Assembly (NCBI GenBank): GCA_001774495.1
Contig: MFAE01000002.1
Location: 42,372 to 106,371 of the forward strand
Length of the DNA: 64,000 bases
Reading direction: 5' to 3'
Source of the DNA: Candidatus Campbellbacteria bacterium RIFOXYC2_FULL_35_25
GTDB lineage: Bacteria; Patescibacteriota; Minisyncoccia; Phycocordibacterales; UBA12079
This document shows, piece by piece, positions 56,019 through 64,000 of the stretch (within the stretch, counting starts at the first letter, position 1; every line of letters begins with the position of its first letter). Position numbers and translations under genes: made by a program. Under the pieces are notes generated by a model, which was given only the letters and a program-made list of their open reading frames with translations, had not been told where the DNA came from and did no database searches.

Positions 56019-56903
56019 ATGGATATAGAGAAATTAACAAAGGCTCAAATCGTTTTACTAACACTTCTAGTTAGTTTTGTGACTTCTATGGCTACTGGAA
56101 TAGTGGCGGTCACACTGATGGACCAAGCCCCTCCTGGGGTAACTCAGACAATACAAAGAGTCGTCGAAAGGACGATAGAAACCGTAACTCCGAACACACA
56201 GGTTATCACCGAGAAGAAAGAAGTTGTTGTTACAGAAAGAAATTTGATTGCAGGAGTTGTTGAAAAAAATTTAGAAAGCTTTGCTCGGATTAAAAAAATA
56301 GATGATGAAACTTTTACTGATTTAGGAATTTTTGTCGATAGAACCGGAATTATTTTAACTAGCAGCGAGGGTATTTTAAAGGACGGGAGTTACTACATCG
56401 TTAACAATAAAGGTGAAAATAATAGTTTAACTTTATTAGATTTAAATGCAGACAAGGGGATTGCTTATTTCCGTGTAGTGAATCCTGAGGGGAAAATATT
56501 CAAACCAATTTTTAAGACAGTGAGTATCGCCGATTCTTCACGATTAAAGTTAGGGCAGTCTGTCGCTGCATTGAGCGGAAAGGATTCAACAGAAATTTTG
56601 ACAGGGATTGTCTCAAGTTTTATTGAAATAGAATTAGCAATAAAGGACGAGGTTCCTGGTTTGGGAAATAGTGCTGAAGAAATTGATAAAGAAATAATCC
56701 CGAAAAACACAATAGCCGGTCTAAAAACTAACATTCTTGCTTCTGATATAGTAGCAGGGACCTCCCTCTTAGATTTAGAAGGAAATATTATTGGGATTAA
56801 TATTGATTCTAACAAGAGTTCATTTATTGTCTTAGATTTCGTAAATCAAGACCTACAAACTATCTCAAGTTTGAGTAAGGAAGTTGTCTCCTTGACTGAG
56901 TAA
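56019..56903 (+). CDS. membrane-anchored hypothetical protein with trypsin-like (HtrA-like) fold features
   Basis: N-terminal TM, then a region with weak similarity to S1C peptidase beta-barrels (GQSVAALSG...LTGIVSS). Catalytic triad not confidently identified. Confidence 0.35.
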   Translation: MDIEKLTKAQIVLLTLLVSFVTSMATGIVAVTLMDQAPPGVTQTIQRVVERTIETVTPNTQVITEKKEVVVTERNLIAGVVEKNLESFARIKKIDDETFTDLGIFVDRTGIILTSSEGILKDGSYYIVNNKGENNSLTLLDLNADKGIAYFRVVNPEGKIFKPIFKTVSIADSSRLKLGQSVAALSGKDSTEILTGIVSSFIEIELAIKDEVPGLGNSAEEIDKEIIPKNTIAGLKTNILASDIVAGTSLLDLEGNIIGINIDSNKSSFIVLDFVNQDLQTISSLSKEVVSLTE

Positions 56904-56981
56904 GTTCATTTTATTATATTGAACTTTCAGGTATTAAAAATTAAATTTACTAAAAACTATCAACTAAAAATTATCATAATT

Positions 56982-59654
56982 ATGCCCCCATTAAATCACT
57001 TAACCACAAAAGCAAAAGAAGCAATAAAAAAGGCTCATGAGTTGGCTATTGAGCGTGGGCAAAATCACGTTGGGCCGATTCATCTTTTTGCGGCTTTAAT
57101 GTTACAAGAAGAAAGCCTCGTTATTTCAATCCTAGAGAGGCTTGGGGTTGATACACTTCTGCTGACAGATTCTTTATTTGAAATGCTAGAAGAACCAGAA
57201 AGAGACTCTACACTTAGCCCTTCCTACCAAATATATTTAACACCAGAATTAGCAAAGGTTCTTGAAAATTCTACTCAAATTGCTGCGTCTATGAAAGATG
57301 AATTTATCTCCACCGAACATTTTTTGGTTTCCCTTTTAGATGCTCCAGGAAATGTTAAGGAATTAATTTCTAGATTTAAAATTGACAAGGATTCCATTGT
57401 AGATGTCCTTCAAGAAGTTCGGGAAGGGAAGATTACAGATATCAAACAACCTAAAAAATTTAAGGCATTAATTAAATTTACCAGAAACTTGACCAAACTT
57501 GCTATGGAAAACAAACTCGATCCTGTGATAGGGCGAGATGATGAAATAAGAAGAATAATCCAGATTCTCTCTAGAAGGACAAAAAATAATCCAATTCTGA
57601 TAGGGGAGGCTGGTGTGGGAAAGACCGCTATCGTTGAGGGTTTGGCATTGAGAATCACACAAGGTGACGCGCCAGAATCTTTAAAGGAAAAAGAATTATT
57701 ATCTCTTGATTTGGGTCTTTTAGTAGCGGGAACAAAATACCGAGGAGAATTTGAAGATAGGTTAAAAGCAATAATGAAAGAGGTTGAAAATTCTAACGGA
57801 AAAGTAATTTTGTTTATTGATGAGTTGCATACTATTGTTGGGGCGGGAGCATCAGAAGGTTCAATGGATGCTTCCAATATGATAAAACCGGCTTTAGCTA
57901 GAGGAGAAATGAGAGCTATTGGAGCCACCACGACGAAAGAATATCAAAAGTATATAGAAAAAGACCCAGCATTATCTAGGAGATTTCAGCCTATTTACGT
58001 AAACGAGCCATCTCTTGAAGATGCTAAGGCAATTTTGCGTGGGTTGAAAGAAAGATATGAACTCTATCATGGAGTAAAAATTACCGATGATGCTATTATT
58101 GCTGCTGTGGATTTATCTAGTCGTTATATCACAGATCGTTTTCTCCCTGACAAGGCTGTTGATTTAATTGACGAAGCTGCCTCAGCCCTAAAGATTTCTC
58201 TTGAAAATAAACCTCCTGTTTTGGAGGATGCACACCGCAAGATTATGCGTCTGGAAATTGAAAGGCAAGCGCTTAAAAAAGAAGAATTTAAGAAAAATAA
58301 AAAGAATAGTGTCCGCTTGAAAGAGATTGATAAAGAAATAAGTGACTTGCAGGAAAAGACTTCCGAAATTGAGTTAAAATGGAAGAATGAGAAGCTTGCT
58401 TTATTTGATATAAAGAAAATTAAAAAAGGACTTGAACAACTGAGAGTTGAAGCTGAGCAGGCCGAGGCAATCGCCGACTTATCTAGGGCTGCTGAGATTC
58501 GTTATGTAAAAATTCCTCAATTCGAAAAAGAACTAAAAGCCAATAACTCAAAACTTCAGAAGTTGCAAAAATCAAGAAAGATTTTGAATGAAGAAATAAC
58601 AGAAAGTGAAATCGCTGATATAGTTAGTCGGTGGTCAGGGGTTCCTGTTACTAGGATGCTGGAAGAAGAGGTAAATAAATTGAGTAGGATGGAAGAGGAG
58701 TTACAAAAAGTTGTTATTGGGCAAGACGAAGCCATTAAAAAAATCTCTGATGCTGTAAAGAGGTCTCGAGTAGGTATATCCGATCCCAATAAACCAATAG
58801 GTTCGTTTATGTTTTTGGGCCCAACAGGAGTTGGAAAAACAGAGTTAACTAAAAAATTAGCTGGGTTTTTGTTTGATGATGAAGATGCTCTGATTCGGGT
58901 TGATATGTCAGAATTTATGGAAAAACATTCAGTTTCTAAGTTGATAGGTTCTCCTCCTGGTTATATTGGACATGAGGAAGGTGGATATTTTACGGAAATA
59001 GTTCGTCACAGACCTTATTCTGTAATTTTGTTTGATGAGATTGAAAAAGCACACCCAGATGTATTTAATATTTTACTCCAAGTTCTTGATAGTGGAACAT
59101 TGACTGATGCTAAGGGACGAGCTGTTAATTTCAAAAATACTGTAATAATACTAACATCTAACATTGGATCTCAATTTATCGATAAAATGGAATCAATCGG
59201 ATTTGGTCAAAATAAAGACGACAAAGAAAATTACCGAGATGCCAAGGACAATGTCATGAAAGCTTTGAAAGATAATTTTAGACCAGAATTTATAAATCGT
59301 CTTGATGAAATAGTTATTTTTGATATTTTGTCTCCTGAGGTGATAAAGGAAATAGTTAATATTCAAATTGGTATTGTTAGAAAAAGATTGATAGAAAAAG
59401 AAATAAAATTTAATTTGTCAGAATCAATACTGTCATATTTATCCAAAGAAGGATACAACCCACAATATGGAGCGAGACCTTTAAAGAGACTAATTCAAAA
59501 TAAAATTTTAACACCCATTGCTTCTTCAATGATTGAGAATAATATGATGGTTGGAGGAAGTGTTTCAATTGATATGAAAAATGGCGAGATGGTTTTTGAT
59601 GTGAAGAAAAAGATAGTGAAGCCTAAAAAAATTACAAAATCCACAAAAAAGTAA
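56982..59654 (+). CDS. clpB: ATP-dependent chaperone ClpB
   Basis: Clp N domain repeats, two AAA+ modules ([15 protein letters not shown]; [15 protein letters not shown]), long coiled-coil M-domain and C-terminal D2 small domain. Confidence 0.9.
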   Translation: MPPLNHLTTKAKEAIKKAHELAIERGQNHVGPIHLFAALMLQEESLVISILERLGVDTLLLTDSLFEMLEEPERDSTLSPSYQIYLTPELAKVLENSTQIAASMKDEFISTEHFLVSLLDAPGNVKELISRFKIDKDSIVDVLQEVREGKITDIKQPKKFKALIKFTRNLTKLAMENKLDPVIGRDDEIRRIIQILSRRTKNNPILIGEAGVGKTAIVEGLALRITQGDAPESLKEKELLSLDLGLLVAGTKYRGEFEDRLKAIMKEVENSNGKVILFIDELHTIVGAGASEGSMDASNMIKPALARGEMRAIGATTTKEYQKYIEKDPALSRRFQPIYVNEPSLEDAKAILRGLKERYELYHGVKITDDAIIAAVDLSSRYITDRFLPDKAVDLIDEAASALKISLENKPPVLEDAHRKIMRLEIERQALKKEEFKKNKKNSVRLKEIDKEISDLQEKTSEIELKWKNEKLALFDIKKIKKGLEQLRVEAEQAEAIADLSRAAEIRYVKIPQFEKELKANNSKLQKLQKSRKILNEEITESEIADIVSRWSGVPVTRMLEEEVNKLSRMEEELQKVVIGQDEAIKKISDAVKRSRVGISDPNKPIGSFMFLGPTGVGKTELTKKLAGFLFDDEDALIRVDMSEFMEKHSVSKLIGSPPGYIGHEEGGYFTEIVRHRPYSVILFDEIEKAHPDVFNILLQVLDSGTLTDAKGRAVNFKNTVIILTSNIGSQFIDKMESIGFGQNKDDKENYRDAKDNVMKALKDNFRPEFINRLDEIVIFDILSPEVIKEIVNIQIGIVRKRLIEKEIKFNLSESILSYLSKEGYNPQYGARPLKRLIQNKILTPIASSMIENNMMVGGSVSIDMKNGEMVFDVKKKIVKPKKITKSTKK

Positions 59655-59677
59655 AAACCAAGGTTTAGAAAAATTAC

Positions 59678-59765
59678 GAGGAAAGGTTAGGTCTCTGCGA
59701 AGCGCCGTGTCCGCCTCTGGCGGGGAAGAGGAGTGAGAGGCGTGGCGTCTGGTAGTAATTTTTAT
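59678..59765. repeat. family C repeat copy 2 with a nested CCGCCTCTGGCGG palindromic mini-element
   Basis: GGTCTCTGCGAAG...GGCGTCTGGTAGTAATTTT matches 16493-16545. The inserted CGCCGTGTCCGCCTCTGGCGGGGAAGAGGAG segment relates to the 62885-62925 and 16015-16050 elements. Confidence 0.6.
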
Positions 59766-59769
59766 TCTG

Positions 59770-59815
59770 ATTTAAAAACCTTGTTACGTAGCATGCTACG
59801 TAACAAGGTTTTTTA
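59770..59815. repeat. family P palindrome copy 3 (AAAAACCTTGTTACGTAGCATGCTACGTAACAAGGTTTTT)
   Basis: 40-bp perfect palindrome with the same 22-bp core as 15433-15500. Confidence 0.8.
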
Positions 59816-60062
59816 TTTTTGGAGCAGAATTTGGTCTTCCATTTCTAAATGGAATTGATAGTGATTCGGTCATAAATATTTTTCCTGACGGAAAAATTTT
59901 GCGACCCCGCCTCGCGGTGCTCGCCTTGTGTTTGCAAAGCAAACACAAACTCGCACATCACTCTGGCTTTCGAATCCTACACATAAGGCAAGCAGGTGCC
60001 TTATTCTCGGCGACACTAAATATTAAAAACCCTAAGCTTTTTGCTCAGGGTTTTTAATATAG

Positions 60063-60144
60063 TGCGCCGGGTAGGATTCGAACCTACGAAGGCTAAGCCA
60101 GCAGATTTACAGTCTGCTCTCGTTGACCGCTTGAGTACCGACGC
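60063..60144 (-). tRNA. tRNA-Tyr (anticodon GTA), class II with long variable arm
   Basis: Reverse complement: GCGTCGGTACTCAAGCGGTCAACGAGAGCAGACTGTAAATCTGCTGGCTTAGCCTTCGTAGGTTCGAATCCTACCCGGCGCA. Anticodon loop CTGTAAA, T-loop TTCGAAT. Confidence 0.8.
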
Positions 60145-60552
60145 ATATTCTTATTACTATACTATTATATTGTAAATAATACTACTTTTAACTGGTTGAT
60201 TATAAACGAAAAAGTTGATTATGTAAATTAAAAAATTAAGTCAATAAACAGAAGAAAAAAGTATAAAAAACTATTGCCACAGTTTTTTATGCCAAAAAAA
60301 CTTGTTAGCTTTGGTTTTTTTGAAAAACTGAATCTTACATTTAAAATAAAAATTAAGTTTTTAAAAAATATAAAATTTTTTAAAAAAAATAAAATATTTT
60401 TTATTTTTTTTTAAAAAACTTTTCCACAGTTTTTTCAAAAAAATATTCTTTTAAAATAAAAAAGTAGTATAATTAAAGTTAGGAAAAAGATTTTTTAATT
60501 TTGATTTTTAAAAAAAGGTCGATAGATATTTAATAATAAATAATTATTTTTA

Positions 60553-60726
60553 TATGGCAACAAAAAAGAAAGTAGCAAAGAAGAAAGTTGTAAAGAAAGC
60601 TGTAAAGAAAGTAGCCGCAAAGAAGAAAGTTGTAAAGAAGGCTGTAAAGAAAGTAGCAGCAAAGAAGAAAGTTGTGAAGAAAGCTGTAAAGAAAGTAGCA
60701 AAGAAGAAAGCAACAAAGAAGAAATA
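60553..60726 (+). CDS. histone H1-like lysine-rich nucleoid protein (57 aa, KKAVKKVAAKKKVV repeats)
   Basis: Hand translation MATKKKVAKKKVVKKAVKKVAAKKKVVKKAVKKVAAKKKVVKKAVKKVAKKKATKKK from a 45-bp tandem coding repeat. Followed immediately by hairpin terminator AAACCACCGAATAGGTGGTTTTTT. Below the ORF-track length cut-off. Confidence 0.5.
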
Positions 60727-60800
60727 GTTTCTTCTTGAAGAAACCACCGAATAGGTGGTTTTTTCTTTACATATGCAATCTAAAAATATACACTTTAAAA

Positions 60801-61886
60801 GTGCTTAAAACAAAGGGTAAAAAAGTGTTTGTTGGCTTATCAGGCGGGGTAGATTCGTCTGTTTCAGCCTCTCTATTAAAGAGACAAGGTTATGATGTAA
60901 CGGGTGTTTTTATAAAGGTTTGGCAACCCGAGTTTGTTAAGTGTGACTGGAGGGAGGACCGTCTTGATGCGATGAGAGTTTGTGCCAAACTGGATATTCC
61001 TTTTCTAGATTTAGATTTGGAAGAAGAATATAAAAAAGAAGTTTTTGATTACATGATTAAAGAGTACAAAGAAGGTAGGACTCCAAACCCAGACGTTATG
61101 TGTAACAAAAGTATTAAGTTTGGTGGATTTTTAAAATTTGCTTTAGATAGTGGAGCGGACTATGTTGCAACAGGACATTATGCGCACAATTTTTTTGAGG
61201 AAGGAAAATTTAAAATGTTAGCAGGAAAAGATAATAATAAAGATCAATCATATTTTTTGTGGACTCTCGGGCAGGAACAATTAAAATATATTCTTTTTCC
61301 TGTTGGTCATTTAGAAAAACCAGAGGTTAGAAAGATTGCAAAAAAAGATGACTTACTTACAGCGGAAAAAAAAGATAGCCAAGGGTTGTGTTTTGTTGGG
61401 ATGGTTGAGATGAAAGATTTCTTAAAAAGATTTTTGCCTGAAGAAAAAGGGGATATTTTAGATGAAGAAGGAAAAGTTATTGGAGAACACGATGGGGCTC
61501 ATTATTTTACCATCGGGCAAAGACATGGATTTTTGGTAACGGAAAAAACTCCTGAAGACAAACCTTATTTTGTTGTCTCAAAAGATGTTGTTAAGAATAC
61601 AATTATCGTATCTCAGAAACTACAAAAGAAAGATAGTTTTGACAGAAAAGAAATCATCATAAAAAATATTAGTTGGATTAGTGGAGAAAACCCAAATTTT
61701 GATAAAAAATATCAGGCTAGAATTCGTTACCGTCAAATCCTCCAAACCTGCAAAATTGACAGTACTCCGAGCACTGACAATTTAAAGGTTATTTTTGACG
61801 AACCACAAAAAGCCGTATCGGAAGGACAGTCATTGGTTATTTATGACGGAGAAGAGTGTTTAGGAGGAGGGGTGATTGGGGGGTAA
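60801..61886 (+). CDS. mnmA: tRNA-specific 2-thiouridylase MnmA
   Basis: PP-loop KKVFVGLSGGVDSSVSA, catalytic Cys motifs, C-terminal beta-barrel domain. Start assigned to GTG 60801; the ORF track starts at a TTG inside the upstream terminator. Confidence 0.8.
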   Translation: MLKTKGKKVFVGLSGGVDSSVSASLLKRQGYDVTGVFIKVWQPEFVKCDWREDRLDAMRVCAKLDIPFLDLDLEEEYKKEVFDYMIKEYKEGRTPNPDVMCNKSIKFGGFLKFALDSGADYVATGHYAHNFFEEGKFKMLAGKDNNKDQSYFLWTLGQEQLKYILFPVGHLEKPEVRKIAKKDDLLTAEKKDSQGLCFVGMVEMKDFLKRFLPEEKGDILDEEGKVIGEHDGAHYFTIGQRHGFLVTEKTPEDKPYFVVSKDVVKNTIIVSQKLQKKDSFDRKEIIIKNISWISGENPNFDKKYQARIRYRQILQTCKIDSTPSTDNLKVIFDEPQKAVSEGQSLVIYDGEECLGGGVIGG

Positions 61887-62004
61887 CAAGTATTAAGTAG
61901 TAAGTATTAAGTATTTGGTAGAAATAGACTTTGGCTAAAAAATAATCTATCTTGGTTTTTGTTATTACTTTCTACTTTTTAATTTTTCATTTATAATATT
62001 CTAT

Positions 62005-62865
62005 ATGCATAAACAAATAAATATCACAAAAGCTGATGGGGAAAGAGAAATATTTGATATTACTAAATTGGAAAGTTCTTTAAAGAGAGCTGGTGCTAAT
62101 GATGGTACTGTGATGGAAATATCGCAAACGATAGAAGATGAGTTGGTTGAGGGGATGCATACAATGGAAATTTATAAAAGAGCCTTTTCTTTACTAAAGA
62201 AAAAAGAAAAAACGGCAGCCACAAGGTATTCCGTCCGTCGAGCTATTATGGATATGGGACCCAATGGTTTCCCTTTTGAGGATTTTGTTGGGGAAATTTT
62301 TAGAGCGAAAGGTTATCACGTTGAGGTTGGAAAAACAGTAAGGGGGTTTTGTGTTTTGCATGAGCTTGATATCACCGCAGAAAATGATAAGGAATTTATT
62401 GGAGCCGAAATCAAATTTCATAATAGTTCAGGGATTACATCTGACATAAAGACAGCTTTGTATGTTAAAGCCCGTTTTGATGATTTGGAGAAGGGGGATT
62501 TTTACAAAAAGATAGATAAAAAGAAGAAAAAGATAAAAATGCTTATTACTAACACTAAATTTTCTTCGAGAGCGGTTGACTACGGGGTTTGCGTTGGTTT
62601 AACAATGATTAGTTGGAATTACCCAGAAAAGGGTAATTTGCAAGATCTTATTGAAGAAAATAACTTACATCCCTTAACCTGTTTAACTTCTTTAAATAAA
62701 CAAGAAAAACTAAAGTTCTTAAATCAAGGAATAGTTTTGTGTCGTGAGATAAGGGGAGGGGGTGAAAATATTCTAGGCACAGTTGGTGTTCGTGGAAATA
62801 GGGTAAACCAAGTTTTGGAAGAGGCACGTAATTTGTGCCGACCAGGCTCATTTAGTAGCAATTAA
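62005..62865 (+). CDS. ATP-cone domain fused to a restriction-endonuclease-like (Mrr-cat-like) domain protein
   Basis: N-terminal ATP-cone pattern (ITKADGEREIFDITKLESSLKRAG...EIYKRAFSLLKKKE) and a central FEDFVGEIFRAKGYHVEVGKTVRGFCVLHELDITAEND resembling the Mrr/NucS-type PD-(D/E)xK core. Confidence 0.5.
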   Translation: MHKQINITKADGEREIFDITKLESSLKRAGANDGTVMEISQTIEDELVEGMHTMEIYKRAFSLLKKKEKTAATRYSVRRAIMDMGPNGFPFEDFVGEIFRAKGYHVEVGKTVRGFCVLHELDITAENDKEFIGAEIKFHNSSGITSDIKTALYVKARFDDLEKGDFYKKIDKKKKKIKMLITNTKFSSRAVDYGVCVGLTMISWNYPEKGNLQDLIEENNLHPLTCLTSLNKQEKLKFLNQGIVLCREIRGGGENILGTVGVRGNRVNQVLEEARNLCRPGSFSSN

Positions 62866-62884
62866 TTTAAAATTATGTACGATT

Positions 62885-62925
62885 TTTCAAAATTTTCCGC
62901 CAGAGGCGGATCCACCTCTGGCGGA
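62885..62925. repeat. palindromic mini-element TTTTCCGCCAGAGGCGGATCCACCTCTGGCGGAAAA (family D)
   Basis: Perfect 16+16 palindrome around GGATCC. Related copies lie inside the exonuclease ORF (16015-16050) and nested in 59700-59735. Confidence 0.7.
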
Positions 62926-62956
62926 AAAAATTAATATTAATCTAACCATTTACATT

Positions 62957-63505
62957 ATGTATAATTTTGTTGAATTTAAAAAAGAAATCAAAGAAATAGA
63001 AGATTGGTTGGCTAAAGAATTTTCTGGCATTAGGACTGGGATGGCTTCTCCAAATCTTCTGGATGGAGTTAGAGTTGAGAGTTATGGAGCTGTTTTGCCA
63101 ATAAATCAAGTTGCTAATATTGGAATAGAAAATGCTAGAACTCTCAGAGTGGCTCCATGGGATTTGTCTCAGGTTAAAGCTATTGAAAAAGCAATAACAC
63201 TCGCGGATTTAGGTGTTTCTATTTCAACTGATAGTAACGGGGTAAGAGTTTCTTTTCCAGAGTTAACTTCAGAGAGAAGAGGCGTGCTTATGAAAATGGC
63301 AAAAGAGAGATTAGAAAAAGCCAGAGTTTCTCTTCGAGGAGAGAGGGATAGTGTTTGGGAGGAAATTCAAAAACAAGAAAAAGATGGAGAACTAAGTGAA
63401 GACGAGAAATTTAGGTTAAAAGAAGAAATGCAAAAAATAGTAGATGAAACAAACAGAAAATTTGAAGAGGTTCTCGCAAAAAAAGAAAAAGAGATAAGTT
63501 TATAA
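62957..63505 (+). CDS. frr: ribosome recycling factor
   Basis: 182 aa, with LRVAPWD...ADLGVSISTDSNGVRVSFPELTSERR conserved RRF core. Confidence 0.9.
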   Translation: MYNFVEFKKEIKEIEDWLAKEFSGIRTGMASPNLLDGVRVESYGAVLPINQVANIGIENARTLRVAPWDLSQVKAIEKAITLADLGVSISTDSNGVRVSFPELTSERRGVLMKMAKERLEKARVSLRGERDSVWEEIQKQEKDGELSEDEKFRLKEEMQKIVDETNRKFEEVLAKKEKEISL

Positions 63506-63978
63506 TGGAAATTCAAAATCAAGAACTTCATAGAGTTACTTCTACTGCGATTATTTATAAAGACGGTAAATATTTGATTACCCAGAGAAGTAAAGAAAAA
63601 AAAGCTTTCCCTGGAAAGTGGACTGTCCCTGGCGGTGGATTGGAAACCGATGATTATGTCCACAATCCTCCTTCTACAGCGGCAGGTCAATGGTATTCCG
63701 CAATAGAAACTTCTTTGAGGAGAGAAATTATGGAAGAGTGTAATATAGAAGTTGGGAAATTAAATTATCTTATAGATGTTGCATTTATAGCACCAGGAGG
63801 AAAACCGGTTATTGTTTTGAGTTTTTATTGTGACTACAAAGTAGGTGAAATTAAGTTAGATGACGATAGTATTGATTACGCTTGGGTGACCGCCGAAGAA
63901 GCAAAAAATTATGATTTGATAGACGGGATTGCGGAGGAGATTGAGATGGTGGAAAAAATCAAGCAGAGCTTGAGTTAG
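63505..63978 (+). CDS. NUDIX hydrolase
   Basis: Nudix box GGGLETDDYVHN...SLRREIMEECNIEV (GX5EX7REUXEEXGU pattern). Confidence 0.75.
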   Translation: MEIQNQELHRVTSTAIIYKDGKYLITQRSKEKKAFPGKWTVPGGGLETDDYVHNPPSTAAGQWYSAIETSLRREIMEECNIEVGKLNYLIDVAFIAPGGKPVIVLSFYCDYKVGEIKLDDDSIDYAWVTAEEAKNYDLIDGIAEEIEMVEKIKQSLS

Positions 63979-64000
63979 TGCCAAGTATCAAGTATCGGGT

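Noticed and set aside
60150-60540. Possible oriC because of AT-richness and two DnaA-box-like sequences
   Set aside because: Only two weak boxes (8/9 and 7/9 matches), no dnaA/dnaN nearby, and the tract is explained equally well as a promoter/terminator-rich gap next to a tRNA.
60495-60747. Two minus-strand ORFs (73 aa LLSSLLLSLQ..., 65 aa MVSSRRNYFFF...) over the 45-bp tandem repeat
   Set aside because: They are antisense reading frames of the low-complexity repeat. The + strand lysine-rich frame has a start codon and an immediately following terminator and is the more plausible gene.

Overview
AT-rich (~35% GC) bacterial chromosomal window with the hallmarks of a Candidate Phyla Radiation (Patescibacteria-like) genome. 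It opens inside a 23S rRNA 3' half that carries at least three group I introns, one encoding a LAGLIDADG homing endonuclease, followed by a 5S rRNA. A 16S rRNA (43.36-44.93 kb) sits far from the 23S-5S, has a ~140-nt helix expansion and is followed by tRNA-Ile. Housekeeping genes in the window include ftsW/rodA, a glycosyltransferase plus WbaP-like sugar transferase pair, thrS with a T-box-like leader, miaA, a HlyD/MacB-type ABC efflux set, trmD, secD and secF, murC, prfB, ftsEX, ddl, clpB, mnmA, frr and a NUDIX hydrolase. Other calls are an ECF sigma/anti-sigma pair, an AlkD-like repair protein, a type IV pilin and two tandem M14 carboxypeptidases. For such a small genome the window is unusually rich in short intergenic repeat families: a 68-bp perfect palindrome family, several nested MITE-like elements sharing a GCGAAG core, and a TACTTACTAC-like motif near many gene starts. 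The most unusual structure is at tRNA-Ile and tRNA-Gln, each flanked by a degenerate 5' partial copy and by arrays of structured modules that end in a copy of the cognate tRNA 3' end. A 3-kb accessory island (38.2-41.1 kb) has four copies of a 30-bp perfect palindrome plus terminator; it carries a NADAR protein, a standalone RNA polymerase alpha-CTD-like protein, an AbrB/MazE-like 52-aa protein and two small unknown proteins. GC-rich strong-SD 'foreign' genes are scattered through the window, including an orphan ParB and a cassette that splits secD from secF. All calls are from reading the sequence; no database searches were run.
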